DNA of 63,782 nt, counting the filler, from an uncultured Methanosarcinales archaeon (GTDB lineage: Archaea; Nanobdellota; Nanobdellia; Woesearchaeales; B54-G15), in assembly GCA_964519225.1 (NCBI GenBank). It is 3 parts of 3 records of this genome, joined end to end, with 100 filler letters (N's around TTAATTAATTAA, not from the genome) between each part and the next. Parts side by side here need not be neighbours in the genome. Positions count along the whole stretch, not along the records: positions 28,117 to 55,267 come from CAZFJK010000011.1; 2 more parts are not named here. One strand, 5' to 3'. The notes under the pieces were generated by a model that ran no database searches, was not told where the DNA came from, and saw only the letters and a list, made by a program, of their open reading frames with translations. Made by a program: the position numbers and the translations under genes. Below, piece after piece: positions 36,573-47,322 of the stretch (its first letter is position 1; the number at the start of each line of letters is the position of its first letter).

Positions 36573-39500
36573 ATGTCCAAAAAAAAGAGGATGATTAAAG
36601 TAGTTTTAGCTATCCTAATTATGATTATCCTCTTTCTCTGCATAAAAAAGCCGAACTGGATTGCGGGTTCTATCGTCTACAAAATCGAGCCGAAACAATC
36701 TGATTATGAAACAAAGCAAATCTGTACTTGCTCCTCGTGTCAAGAATGTACAGAAAAACTAAACGATCCTTCTTGTCATATTGTGCAAGTAACTGCTGAT
36801 TTTCCAGCTCCTTCGACCTGTATCGACGATCCAGAGATTAGTGGAAAAATATTCGATTGTCAAGGGCATTCCGTCTATAAAGGACAAGAGTCTTTTATGT
36901 TAATAAAGGATAGTGAGAACTTCACCGTCAAAAATTGTGATTTGGAATATTTCCAGGATGGATTTCGATTTGAGAAATGCTCAAACGCGACTATTGCTAA
37001 TATAACTATAAAGGAATTAGAAAATATTGTTGTCAAGTTAGTAGATTCAGAAAATACAACGATTGACAATATTACATTTACTGCTGGCACGAATCCTAGC
37101 TACGCTATTTACTCGATTAATTCTGCCAACACAACAGTAAAAAATACTGCTTTTACAACATCTAGATTTGACATCTTCATATCGGCCTCTGCAAGAAAAT
37201 ACTGTACAATGAATTTTGAAAATACTTATGGAACACCGACAACCACGAACTCGACGCCGGGAATCAAGATTATCGATTACTCTAATGCCGAGTTAAATAA
37301 CATACTAGATGACCTTACAGAAATAATCATATGTTTTGCGCAAAACGTATCAGTAAAAGACATTGAAATTTCACATTCAACCACAACAAATGGAATACTT
37401 GTCATAAATTCGAGCAATGTAACTTTCACGGATGTAAAACTTAATGTAAATTCCGTTGGAATAGATTTGACCGATTCAAAAAATGTTTTTATAGAAAACT
37501 CAACTATAAGCTCTATTCCGGCTAACGGCGCCGCTATTTCTGCAAATAGGTGTGAGAATGTCTTGGTTAAAAACATATCCACACAAAAAACATATTTCGG
37601 AACAAAAATCGAATATTCCGAGAACGTCACGGTCAACAAAATTAACATAGTGGATTCGAGTTACGGCATAACCTCATATTTTTCGCAGGGAGTAAGAATC
37701 GCAAATGTCTCTTTCTCATCGAGCGAATACTTAGATATCGACGTGAAAGCCGATAATCCAATGCAGTGTCCAGTGGTAGAAAACTGCAACGGTTCAGAAG
37801 GAAAGAAGATCCTCTACTACAAAAACTTGAACTCAGTTTTGCTTTCGAGTATGTCCCCGGACGAACTTATCCTGTGTAACACTTCTAATCTTACCATCAG
37901 AAACGTAACGATAATAAGAACGGTAAAAAAGAACAATGGAATTATCACATCAAATTCGTCTGGAATTAGATTCGAAAACAATCGTATACAGTCAGCCCAT
38001 GTAGCTCTCTTTGGGTATAAACTTCAAAACAGCACCATTCTAAATATGTCCGCAATTGCTCCAATGTATGGAATATACCTGCAGAAAAGCACGTATAATA
38101 CAATAACAAACTCATCCTTTGAATCAGTTGGAACACCGATCTTTTTCGATGAGTCTACAGAAAACACAATAAAAAATTCCTATTTCATCAACACAGGAAA
38201 AGAAATTCACGTGTCTAAGAACAATTTTATCTACAATAACTTCTTTAATCAAACCCCCATCATAATAGAATCTGATATAAACTATTGGAACACAACCAAA
38301 CAGCCAGGAAAGAGGATTTATTCTAAGGGACCTTTAATCGGAGGAAACTACTGGATTCCCTACTCAGAAACATGCGCAGACGCTGATAAAGATGGATTTT
38401 GTGACAATCCGTATAGAATAAGCATGAGTGAAGACTACCTCCCACTCAGCAATAAATATCGGCCTGTGTGCTATTGTATAAACTGTTCGGATTGCTCACA
38501 GAAATTGGCAGACCCTATGTGTGAAGAAGTTGTGCTCAATCGTTCTACAGCATTACATGCAGAAAAACTACCGTGCATCGAAATGATTAACTTAACAAAT
38601 AAAACATTTAGATGTACAGCAAGTATAGTCGGCAACGGCTCTTCCGAAGGCATAACGCTGAAGAACACAACGAACATTAAAGTAAGCCAATGCGTAGTAT
38701 CAAACTTCTCCAGAGCAGTAAGCATCGAAGATTCTTTTTCAGTCACACTCGAAAATATATCTTCTAATCAAACAAATAATTCCATCATAATACTAACTAC
38801 AACGAGTGCTTTGCTCAAAAACAACACATTGGTTTCATCAGAAATAGGAATCTTAGTGAACAATTCAAAAGGTATACGAATAAACAAAACAGACATAGAT
38901 TCTGGTCAGATTGGCATCAACTTCTGTAATGTTAATAATTCTTATGTAATAGGTACATCGATTTCCTCAGAGACGTGCATAAATTTAACAAATGCGCAAG
39001 AGAATAGCTTTTTCAACAACCTAATGAATTGCACAGTCCATGCAATAATAAATCCACTTCTACAAAACAACTGGAACACGTCCAAACAATTCGGAACAAG
39101 GATATATTCTCCTGGATACATGATAGGCGGAAACTACTGGACAAATCCATCGGCTACTGGATTCAGCGATAACTGCACTGACGCAGACCTCGATGGTTTC
39201 TGCGATTCGGCCTACCAACTCGCTCCGAACAATACAGACCATCTACCATATAGTAATGCATTTACGCCAGGCATATGCGAATGTGATTCCTGTTCTTTAT
39301 GCACAAATGCGATGAACGACCCTTCCTGTGCGATCGTAAAGCTCGTATCAGATATCGGTGGTAGCGTTTCAACCTGCATAGACAACCCATTGGGTTTCAG
39401 CAACAAAACGCTTGACTGCGACGGACACATTATCCAAGCCACAAAACACGGAATATGTCTCACAACTAATCTCGAGAATAGCGTTATTAAAAACTGTGTG

Positions 39501-41549
39501 CTGAAGGATATGAAATACGGCATGGAGATAATATCGTTAAACAATTTTACGTTTCAAAACATCACAATTCAATCCTCAGCACTTGATGAGGCGATCTTTG
39601 GAAAAGTAAACAATAACCTCACCTTTTCGAACATAAAAATCATCGGTGCTTCATCCTCTTATGGTTTAGGATTCTTTCAAGCGCGCTCAACCGGACTTAA
39701 ACTAGTTAATTTTACTATAACACGTCTAAAAATAGGTCTACAAATCGAAGATAATTCTGAAAGATTTCTCATAGACAAATTAAACGTTGCTAATTTAACC
39801 TACGGTATTCACATTATCTCATTAGTTAACAGTATAATAAGAAACAGCATATTTCAAAGTTCGGTTCCCTGCGCTATTGCCATGCTTTCTGGAGGAAACA
39901 ACCTCATTTACAACAATCTTTTCAACGGCACATCCATCTCGGTGTCCGTGCCGAACTACTGGAACACGTCCAAACAATTCGGAACAAGGATATATTCTCC
40001 TGGATACATGATAGGCGGAAACTACTGGACAAATCCATCGGCTACTGGATTCAGCGATAACTGCACTGACGCAGACCTCGATGGTTTCTGCGATGGAAAC
40101 TACACCATCAACCGAGGTAATATAGATTTTCTGCCTCTAAGCGATGAATTTCAATCAAACTGCATCGATTTGAATAACGAATCAACATTCAAGGGAAGAG
40201 TTGTAAAATCTGGAAATACCTTGTATGTAAGAACATCCGTTGAAATATGCTCTGGAACTTATCATCTCAACGATTCGCCTGCAACCATAATCAATTCTTC
40301 AAACACTGTCTTCTCTTGCCAACCAGGCACAATCCTCTTGGGCACTGGAACCGAAAACGCCATCTATTCCAATTTTAGTAACGTAACAATCTCAAATTGC
40401 TCTTTTGAAAGTTTCAAGACCGCAATAATTTTAGAAAAAAGTGGAAACATACTTTCAAATTCATTTGTTCAAAATGCCCTCGGGTTAAACCTAACCGATG
40501 CAGGGGTACTGATAGAAGATAACATCTTCGACAGAAATTCTATGCATGTCCTTTCGGTTGCTGGAAACAACTTCACAAAGAATTGTTGGAAAGACGCCCA
40601 AAGTCTCGATATCAAAGACTCTGATTATGACGGCTTTGGCGATTCTGGAAGCGCGTATCCTTACTGCAGCTCAAATGGAGGACTTGTTTCGGATTATGTT
40701 TATGACTACATGCCGCGAATGCTCGGCTGCTATCCTTACTGCGGAGATGGCATATGCCAGTCAAACGAAAACTATCTTACGTGCCCAAATGATTGTCCTC
40801 CTGTAGAAGAGGAGGAAGAAACAACTTTGCGCAGAAGACGGGGAAGCACTTCTCTTCAGAAAGAGAGCGAAGAAAAGAAAGAATGTGTGCCCGTTTGGAA
40901 TTGCACACAATGGAGTGAATGCATCAATGGTACTCAAAGAAGATTTTGCAAAGAAATCCGGTGCGGTCTAGGAAATAAAACAGAGTACAGACCGTGCGTT
41001 TCTGAACAGATAAAACCCAAACAAGAAAAACCTCTCCCACCGCCGTTTACAGAAAGTCTGAAGCGCTTCATCGCAACATACATTACTGGCGCGCTAGCTG
41101 TCTGTATACCTTCTTTTGTCATACTCGGCATAGCCCTCAGTCTAATTGTCCAAAGCTATTTGTTAAAGATTAAACCTGCTAAGAAAAATGCAAATAAGAT
41201 AACGATTCTCTGGTTACTTTCTATCGGAGCGCTTCTCTTCACTTTTATCTCGTGTCCACGGTCAGTTCAGCTTGCTTATTGTTTGATTGTGCTTTCTATT
41301 TTTTCAACAATTCTGATGATAATAAAACACTTAAAAATCCATATAAAAGTGAACCATATAAAAGTAAGAAAAAGAGAGTTTTACGAAGAAACCAAGCAAA
41401 TCATAAAAGAACTCAGGAGAAAGCTCAAAATGAAAGATAAAGAAATCATCAAACTGAAAAGAAAGCTTAATGCGTATCAAACAATGCTAAAAAAGATAGC
41501 AAAAAAAGAAAGAACCATAGAACAATTAATAAATCGCTTTCTAAGATAA
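36573..41549 (+). CDS. Large surface protein with NosD/pectin-lyase beta-helix repeats and C-terminal TM helices
   Basis: Parallel beta-helix repeats; GGNYW...DADxDGFCD modules; TM helices plus coiled-coil tail. Confidence 0.88.
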   Translation: MSKKKRMIKVVLAILIMIILFLCIKKPNWIAGSIVYKIEPKQSDYETKQICTCSSCQECTEKLNDPSCHIVQVTADFPAPSTCIDDPEISGKIFDCQGHSVYKGQESFMLIKDSENFTVKNCDLEYFQDGFRFEKCSNATIANITIKELENIVVKLVDSENTTIDNITFTAGTNPSYAIYSINSANTTVKNTAFTTSRFDIFISASARKYCTMNFENTYGTPTTTNSTPGIKIIDYSNAELNNILDDLTEIIICFAQNVSVKDIEISHSTTTNGILVINSSNVTFTDVKLNVNSVGIDLTDSKNVFIENSTISSIPANGAAISANRCENVLVKNISTQKTYFGTKIEYSENVTVNKINIVDSSYGITSYFSQGVRIANVSFSSSEYLDIDVKADNPMQCPVVENCNGSEGKKILYYKNLNSVLLSSMSPDELILCNTSNLTIRNVTIIRTVKKNNGIITSNSSGIRFENNRIQSAHVALFGYKLQNSTILNMSAIAPMYGIYLQKSTYNTITNSSFESVGTPIFFDESTENTIKNSYFINTGKEIHVSKNNFIYNNFFNQTPIIIESDINYWNTTKQPGKRIYSKGPLIGGNYWIPYSETCADADKDGFCDNPYRISMSEDYLPLSNKYRPVCYCINCSDCSQKLADPMCEEVVLNRSTALHAEKLPCIEMINLTNKTFRCTASIVGNGSSEGITLKNTTNIKVSQCVVSNFSRAVSIEDSFSVTLENISSNQTNNSIIILTTTSALLKNNTLVSSEIGILVNNSKGIRINKTDIDSGQIGINFCNVNNSYVIGTSISSETCINLTNAQENSFFNNLMNCTVHAIINPLLQNNWNTSKQFGTRIYSPGYMIGGNYWTNPSATGFSDNCTDADLDGFCDSAYQLAPNNTDHLPYSNAFTPGICECDSCSLCTNAMNDPSCAIVKLVSDIGGSVSTCIDNPLGFSNKTLDCDGHIIQATKHGICLTTNLENSVIKNCVLKDMKYGMEIISLNNFTFQNITIQSSALDEAIFGKVNNNLTFSNIKIIGASSSYGLGFFQARSTGLKLVNFTITRLKIGLQIEDNSERFLIDKLNVANLTYGIHIISLVNSIIRNSIFQSSVPCAIAMLSGGNNLIYNNLFNGTSISVSVPNYWNTSKQFGTRIYSPGYMIGGNYWTNPSATGFSDNCTDADLDGFCDGNYTINRGNIDFLPLSDEFQSNCIDLNNESTFKGRVVKSGNTLYVRTSVEICSGTYHLNDSPATIINSSNTVFSCQPGTILLGTGTENAIYSNFSNVTISNCSFESFKTAIILEKSGNILSNSFVQNALGLNLTDAGVLIEDNIFDRNSMHVLSVAGNNFTKNCWKDAQSLDIKDSDYDGFGDSGSAYPYCSSNGGLVSDYVYDYMPRMLGCYPYCGDGICQSNENYLTCPNDCPPVEEEEETTLRRRRGSTSLQKESEEKKECVPVWNCTQWSECINGTQRRFCKEIRCGLGNKTEYRPCVSEQIKPKQEKPLPPPFTESLKRFIATYITGALAVCIPSFVILGIALSLIVQSYLLKIKPAKKNANKITILWLLSIGALLFTFISCPRSVQLAYCLIVLSIFSTILMIIKHLKIHIKVNHIKVRKREFYEETKQIIKELRRKLKMKDKEIIKLKRKLNAYQTMLKKIAKKERTIEQLINRFLR
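39070..40094 (+). repeat. 137-bp identical intragenic repeat
   Basis: 39070-39206 is identical to 39958-40094. Confidence 0.95.
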
Positions 41550-42203
41550 TCCATATTTCCCTTTCAAAGGAACAAAAACAAAATACCCGAGTTCCTTTTT
41601 CTCAAGCCTGTTTTTCCTCTTAATTACTTTAACCATTTTCTGTCCAGCACAACCTCCAACAGGCGCAATCAGCTCACCTCCAACCCTAAGCTGTTCAACA
41701 AGCAGCTTCGGCACGCTTGGACAGGCAGCAGTTACAATTATCCTATCATAAGGTGCTTTAACAGCATAACCGCAGCTTCCATCTATCGTCAATACCTTAA
41801 CGTTCTTTATTCCAGCACTCTTCAAATTCTTTTTTGCAATTTCGGCAAGTTCAGCTATAATCTCAGTTGTATAAACCAAAGCAGGCTTAACAATCCAAGC
41901 AACCAATGCAGCATTCCAACCGCTGCCAGTACCGACCTCAAATATCTTCAATCCTTTCCTAAGCTCCAATTCCTGCAGCATAAAAGCAACGGTATACGGC
42001 TGACTTATTGTCTGACCATAACCAATAGGCAAGGGATAATTAGCATAAGCTTCATCCAAGAATTCGCTCGGCACAAACAAATGCCTCGGAACATTTCTAA
42101 TAGCATCTAAAACCAATTCATCACTTATTCCTTGTTCAATCAATTCCTTTATAAGAAATTCTTTCTTTCCTTCGAGCTCTTTTTCCCAAGACAATCTAAC
42201 CAT
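41541..42203 (-). CDS. pcm: Protein-L-isoaspartate O-methyltransferase
   Basis: VPRHLFV, QTISQP, EVGTGSGW, APYDRIIVTAA. Confidence 0.96.
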   Translation of the reverse strand: MVRLSWEKELEGKKEFLIKELIEQGISDELVLDAIRNVPRHLFVPSEFLDEAYANYPLPIGYGQTISQPYTVAFMLQELELRKGLKIFEVGTGSGWNAALVAWIVKPALVYTTEIIAELAEIAKKNLKSAGIKNVKVLTIDGSCGYAVKAPYDRIIVTAACPSVPKLLVEQLRVGGELIAPVGGCAGQKMVKVIKRKNRLEKKELGYFVFVPLKGKYGLS

Positions 42204-42249
42204 TCAGAAAAGAAGAAACAAATAAAATAAAAATATTTCCCAAAATTCA

Positions 42250-42299
42250 TTCGAATAAAATCGAAAGATTTTTAAATTTTATTCGATTAAAATCGAATA
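42250..42299 (+). promoter_or_regulatory. Two palindromic operators flanking a TATA box
   Basis: TATTCGATT-AA-AATCGAATA (42280-42299) and a similar copy at 42250-42265. Confidence 0.65.
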
Positions 42300-43571
42300 A
42301 TGAAAGAAGAGATATTAGTCGAATGGAATCCTTGGTGGGAAAAAGAATTCAAAATAAATGCTGTTGAGAGAGAATTATTCAATCAAATAAGACCATGGAT
42401 CAAAAGGCCTGAGATAATAGCGATTACAGGAATAAGGCGAGCTGGAAAAACCACTTTAATGTATCTTATTATCCAAAAATTGCTTAAAAAAGTTCAACCT
42501 AAAAATATTTTCTTCATTAAATGCGACGACGAGCGGCTTGAAAAACAAAACCTAATCCAAGATGCAATACTTACATACAAGAAACTTCTAAACCCAAAAG
42601 GAAAATTATATGTGTTTCTTGATGAAGTACAGGAAATTCCTAAATGGGAAAGAACACTAAAAAGAATTTACGACCTGGAGCCGAACATAAAAATGTTTAT
42701 CTCGGGCTCCGGAATGTTTATCTCAAGACAAGAAGCTGGAACCCTGCTAACAGGAAGAGCTGTTTATTTCAATCTACTACCCTTCAGTTTTTCAGAATTT
42801 GTAAAGATCAAAGGTATAGAAAAAAACAAGATCAGCTTGCTCAAAAGAAAAACTGAAATTTTGCACTATCTCAGAGAATACATGGAATTCGGTGGGTTTC
42901 CAGAAGTATGTTTAGCAAAATCCAAAAACATAAAACTAGAACTGCTAAGGTTCTACTTCGATACAATCCTCTTTCGGGATATAATTCTAAAGCATAATAT
43001 AAGAAATGCATCAAAATTCGAACAATTAGTCGTTTTCTTTTTGACAAATATTTCTTCAATGATAAATTTCAAAAAAATAGGCGACTTGCTCGGTCTTTCC
43101 ACAGATACGATTGTAGAATATTCTTCATTCTTAAAAGAAGCATTCTTCATTTTTAACATTCCCTTATTTAGTTATTCCTTAAAGTCACAGCAAATAAACC
43201 CAAAAAAGTGCTATTGTATTGATACTGGAATAAGAAACGCTATTGGTTTCAGATTCAGCAAAGACATCGGCAAAATCGCTGAAAACATTGTGTTCACGCA
43301 TTTGCTCAAAAGAGGGAATGAAATCTATTACTGGAAAAATAAAGGAGAAGTCGATTTCATCGTTAAAAAACGGACGAAAACAAAAGAAGCGATACAAGTA
43401 AGCTGGAATATCAATAGCAGTAAAGAAAGAGAAAAGCGCTCCTTACTCGAAGCTATGGATAAATTCAAAATCAAAGAAGGAACAATCATAACAGAAGACT
43501 ACAATGCAGTCGAACGTATTGGAAAAAGAAAAATAATTTATAAACCAATATGGCTGTGGCTTCTAGAATGA
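42300..43571 (+). CDS. AAA_14 / DUF4143 ATPase (COG1373)
   Basis: GIRRAGKT, FLDEVQ, GGFPE, KCYCIDTG, EVDF. Confidence 0.93.
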   Translation: MKEEILVEWNPWWEKEFKINAVERELFNQIRPWIKRPEIIAITGIRRAGKTTLMYLIIQKLLKKVQPKNIFFIKCDDERLEKQNLIQDAILTYKKLLNPKGKLYVFLDEVQEIPKWERTLKRIYDLEPNIKMFISGSGMFISRQEAGTLLTGRAVYFNLLPFSFSEFVKIKGIEKNKISLLKRKTEILHYLREYMEFGGFPEVCLAKSKNIKLELLRFYFDTILFRDIILKHNIRNASKFEQLVVFFLTNISSMINFKKIGDLLGLSTDTIVEYSSFLKEAFFIFNIPLFSYSLKSQQINPKKCYCIDTGIRNAIGFRFSKDIGKIAENIVFTHLLKRGNEIYYWKNKGEVDFIVKKRTKTKEAIQVSWNINSSKEREKRSLLEAMDKFKIKEGTIITEDYNAVERIGKRKIIYKPIWLWLLE

Positions 43572-44038
43572 TTGATATATTAAAGATAATAGCCATAACT
43601 TTCATTCCAACACTTGAGCTAAGAGCAAGCATACCCTTTGGCATTTTCATAGCAAAACTTCCAACTCTTGCTGTTTTCCTTACAGCTTTCATTACAAACA
43701 TCCTTCTTGGAATGCTTGTATTCATTCTTCTTGATAAATTCATTCACGTATTGCGTAAAAACAAATATTTCAATCGTATCTATCAAAAAACAGTAGAAAA
43801 AACACAGAAAAAAGTAAAAGAAAAAATCGATCGCTATGGCCCGATAGGATTGAGCATATTTATTGCGATACCTCTTCCTGGTTCAGGTTCATATACAGGC
43901 GCATTAATAGCAAACATCTTAAACTTGAACAAAAGACAGTTTTTCATAGCTAACGCAATGGGTGTGTTTGTTGCTGCATTAGCTGTAACTTTAGCTTGCC
44001 TTACCGGCTCAGCTACTTTAGCTGTATTCCTAAAATAA
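43568..44038 (+). CDS. COG2426 small multidrug export-like membrane protein
   Basis: PTLELRASIP; FIAIPLPGSGSYTG. Confidence 0.85.
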   Translation: MIDILKIIAITFIPTLELRASIPFGIFIAKLPTLAVFLTAFITNILLGMLVFILLDKFIHVLRKNKYFNRIYQKTVEKTQKKVKEKIDRYGPIGLSIFIAIPLPGSGSYTGALIANILNLNKRQFFIANAMGVFVAALAVTLACLTGSATLAVFLK

Positions 44039-44040
44039 AA

Positions 44041-44508
44041 ATGGACTATGCTATTTCCATTGCACTATTAAAATTAAGAAATAACTTTGGTATTGCGTTA
44101 TCAAAAATAATCACTAACGCATTTGTTCTATTAGCAATAGCTTTAACAATAATATTCCTTCAAAAGACAAAGTTCAAAAAACTTTTCTCTGCTATGGCCG
44201 TTTCAATCGCATTTATAACAACAGAAACATTAAAATTCATCATAAAAAGACCAAGACCACCAACAGCAATAACCACAAAAGTAACTTATTCGATGCCAAG
44301 CTCGCATACAGCAGTTGCATTCTCACTAGTTCCATTTGCCTTTAAAATAAACAAAAAATGCGGAATTGCCATGCTCATAACTGCAATAGCAATAGCATTT
44401 GCTCGACTTTATCAAGGGATGCATTATTTTTCTGATGTCGTCGTTGGAGCATTAATCGGCATAACTATGAGCTACTTAGCTTTATACTTCGGAAGAAGAT
44501 TCGGCTAA
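44041..44508 (+). CDS. PAP2 family phosphatase
   Basis: K...RPRP, SMPSSH, RLYQGMHYFSDV. Confidence 0.92.
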   Translation: MDYAISIALLKLRNNFGIALSKIITNAFVLLAIALTIIFLQKTKFKKLFSAMAVSIAFITTETLKFIIKRPRPPTAITTKVTYSMPSSHTAVAFSLVPFAFKINKKCGIAMLITAIAIAFARLYQGMHYFSDVVVGALIGITMSYLALYFGRRFG

Positions 44509-44509
44509 A

Positions 44510-45112
44510 ATGAAAATACTCGCTTTTGTTGATTTGCACAGCAACATGTCAGCGCTAAAAAAGATAATCAGAAAATCAAGCCAGGCAGACCTGATTCTTT
44601 GCGCTGGAGACATCAGTTTATTTGAAAAACAACTTAACAAAATATTTGAGCTTCTTGCCCAGATTGAAAAACCAGTCTTAATCATCCACGGCAACCATGA
44701 AGAACCAACTACGTTAGCCAAGCTTTGCAAGCATCATAAAAACATCATTTTCATACATAAGAAAATAAAAAGCTTCAATAAAGCTGTATTCATCGGCTTC
44801 GGAGGAGAAGGATTCAGTTTAACAAGCAGAGATTTTGAGCATTTTATCAAAAAGAAAAAACACGAGCTCAATGAACTTAAAAAGAAAAACAAAAAATTAA
44901 TTCTTGTAACGCATGCTCCACCATTCGGATATCTCGATAAAGTGAATTCTCACCACGCAGGAAACAAATCATTCAGAGATTTCATCGTCAGATTTAAACC
45001 ATCATTGCATATCTGTGGACATTTTCACGAACATGCCGGAAAAAAAGTAAAACTGGATAAAACAAAAATAATAAACCCGGGTCCAGAAGGAAAAATCATT
45101 CAAATCTCATAA
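44510..45112 (+). CDS. Metallophosphoesterase (Icc-like)
   Basis: DLH, GD, GNHE, THAPP, GHFHE. Confidence 0.93.
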   Translation: MKILAFVDLHSNMSALKKIIRKSSQADLILCAGDISLFEKQLNKIFELLAQIEKPVLIIHGNHEEPTTLAKLCKHHKNIIFIHKKIKSFNKAVFIGFGGEGFSLTSRDFEHFIKKKKHELNELKKKNKKLILVTHAPPFGYLDKVNSHHAGNKSFRDFIVRFKPSLHICGHFHEHAGKKVKLDKTKIINPGPEGKIIQIS

Positions 45113-46052
45113 TTCTTCCTTCAAAATCTTTCTCCATTAACAAAACAACCCTGCTAGCGCTGTTTTCATCTATAAACTTATAGTTAGACTCTGCAGAAAT
45201 CAACTTGGCAAATTCTTTAACGTCTTGATGAAACGGCATGTTTGTAGGACTTAATCTATAGCTCGAAAAACCAACATGCATGTAGGCTTTCACTTCAACA
45301 AATAAAGGTTTGGCAAGTTCAATTAGCTTTGCATAATTCTCTGGCTCAACCATATTCCAGCCTTTAATCAAAGTGATTCTTAGTGTTGTTCTCGTCTCAT
45401 CTCTTTTCTTTCTAAGTGCCTTCAAACTTTTCATTAACAAATCCCATCCTTTTTTAAGCTGTGGTTGAGAAATCTTTCTGAACAGTTCCTCGTTCGGAGC
45501 GCTTATCGAAACATACAGCTGTGTTGGACTAATCTCAGCAAGCCTGTCAGGAAACATTCCATTACTTACGACAAAAGTCGTTTTTCCTATCTTATGAAGC
45601 TTTTCTATCAGCTCTGCAAGCCTTGGATAAGCAGTCGGTTCGCCAGCAAGCGAAATTGCAAAATGCATCGGTTCCATTGCTTCTTTAAATTTTTTCATAT
45701 TTGTTTTCGGATTGCCTTTGAATCCTACCAATTGTCTCCGTTGCATCGCTGCAGCATTTTTTATTAATTCATCAGGCTCATCCAAGCTGCCTCCAACCAA
45801 AGCAGAACCAACAGTATACTCTATTGGTCTCCAGCAAAAGATACACCTATTCGGACAAAATCCTATAGAAGGGCTCATCTGACAGCATCTGTGTGATTTA
45901 ATGCCATAGAATTGTTGCTTATAGCATACTCCTTCATCAAGCAAGCTTTTCTTCGTCCAATAGCAGATCTTTATAGCGCTATGACTACCGATAAAAGCGT
46001 ATTGTTGCTTTTCCAAAACCTTTCTCAGCTCAGCAGGAATCATCACAAGCAT
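45096..46052 (-). CDS. tyw1: 4-demethylwyosine synthase (radical SAM)
   Basis: CYKQQFYGIKSHRC; CPNRCIFCWRP; SLAGEPT. Confidence 0.95.
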   Translation of the reverse strand: MLVMIPAELRKVLEKQQYAFIGSHSAIKICYWTKKSLLDEGVCYKQQFYGIKSHRCCQMSPSIGFCPNRCIFCWRPIEYTVGSALVGGSLDEPDELIKNAAAMQRRQLVGFKGNPKTNMKKFKEAMEPMHFAISLAGEPTAYPRLAELIEKLHKIGKTTFVVSNGMFPDRLAEISPTQLYVSISAPNEELFRKISQPQLKKGWDLLMKSLKALRKKRDETRTTLRITLIKGWNMVEPENYAKLIELAKPLFVEVKAYMHVGFSSYRLSPTNMPFHQDVKEFAKLISAESNYKFIDENSASRVVLLMEKDFEGRIMRFE

Positions 46053-46117
46053 ATGAAAAAAAGAAAAACAAATAAAAAGTTACTCTTTTTTTTATCAAAA
46101 AATGCTAGAGTTTTCAA

Positions 46118-46606
46118 ATGATAACCATTAAAAGAGCTGCAAGATTTTATGGCAAGAGAAAAGTTGGTTTAGATAGTTGTGTTATTATAGACATGATTGA
46201 GTATCCAGAGATGTTATTTTATGTTAAAAACTTATTTAAAGAAAAAGATCTATTTTACACTCATAAAATTTGTGTAGAAGAAATAACTAAAGTCTTATCT
46301 TCTAAAAGAAATTCTAGCACTAATGAAACAAGAAAAAATGTTCTAAATTTTTTAAAAGAAAACAATATTAAGGTAATTAAAAGAGACCCAGAAAATCATT
46401 TATACAAAATAATACCAATTCATCTTCCGGATTCTTTAATAATAGCGGATTTTAAAAAAGAGGGTATCAATTTAGTTTATTCACAAAACAACCATTTCAA
46501 TGAAGCATGTCAAAAGATAGGGATCAATGCCATTAAAATTCCTACATTCGATAAGTTAATAGAAAAGAAGTTAAAAGAATTATTTAGGCGGAGTAAAAAG
46601 AAATAG
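46118..46606 (+). CDS. PIN-domain protein
   Basis: VGLDSCVII...EE...DSLII; AT-rich. Confidence 0.7.
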   Translation: MITIKRAARFYGKRKVGLDSCVIIDMIEYPEMLFYVKNLFKEKDLFYTHKICVEEITKVLSSKRNSSTNETRKNVLNFLKENNIKVIKRDPENHLYKIIPIHLPDSLIIADFKKEGINLVYSQNNHFNEACQKIGINAIKIPTFDKLIEKKLKELFRRSKKK

Positions 46607-46850
46607 CTTTCTTAATATCCCCTTTTGCTTTTTTTAAAGCTTTTTTCCATAAATTTTCCCTCGTTTTTTCCACCAGTCTTGCTGTTCTTTCTCTCACATT
46701 CCTTGGAACAAATAAAGAATAAATTATCTCAAATTCAAACAATTTCATCTCTCTATCCACCATCTCTTTAATGTCTGATATTAACTCCTCTCTTTTTTTC
46801 TTAAAAAGTTCATCTAAAGGTTTTAATTTAGCTATTTTTATAGACTTCAT
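46584..46850 (-). CDS. Hypothetical protein
   Basis: ORF with an upstream TATA box; convergent with the PIN gene. Confidence 0.5.
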   Translation of the reverse strand: MKSIKIAKLKPLDELFKKKREELISDIKEMVDREMKLFEFEIIYSLFVPRNVRERTARLVEKTRENLWKKALKKAKGDIKKAISFYSA

Positions 46851-46997
46851 TTCAATATTTAACTGATAAAGATTCTTTATAAATATTTCTGCAAAATATG
46901 CAAAATATGAACCTAATTTGCGACAACCTTATAAAATAGTAAAATCTCAATTAAAAATAAAAATAGGTTTCAGTTACGCTTTCCCAGAAAGGTTTAA

Positions 46998-47322
46998 AAT
47001 GCTAGAAAAAATAATAAGAACAATAGCATTGCCAATAGCACCTATCAGCGGACTGATCAAGCTACTTGACTTCCAATACAACACTCCAAAACCGTGGAAA
47101 GAAAGGAATGACGTATTTAAACGCGTAGAAAAAACAACAAGAAATGCTATAGCAAATACACTCATGTTTGGATTCTGTATCGCTGTATATACCATGATCG
47201 AAATGAACAGGTTTGTAAAAGAAACCCTTGAAGACTATCATCGAAGTCTCGAAAACTTATCGGAAGAAGAGCTAAAAGCATTCGTAAGCTCCATGCAATT
47301 TTACTCCGGGTATGACATATGA
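46998..47322 (+). CDS. Hypothetical protein
   Basis: Probable start MLEKII; overlaps the next gene. Confidence 0.45.

Noticed and set aside
39070..40094. Possible DGR template/variable repeat pair
   Set aside because: Copies are identical with no adenine-specific mismatches; no reverse transcriptase in the window
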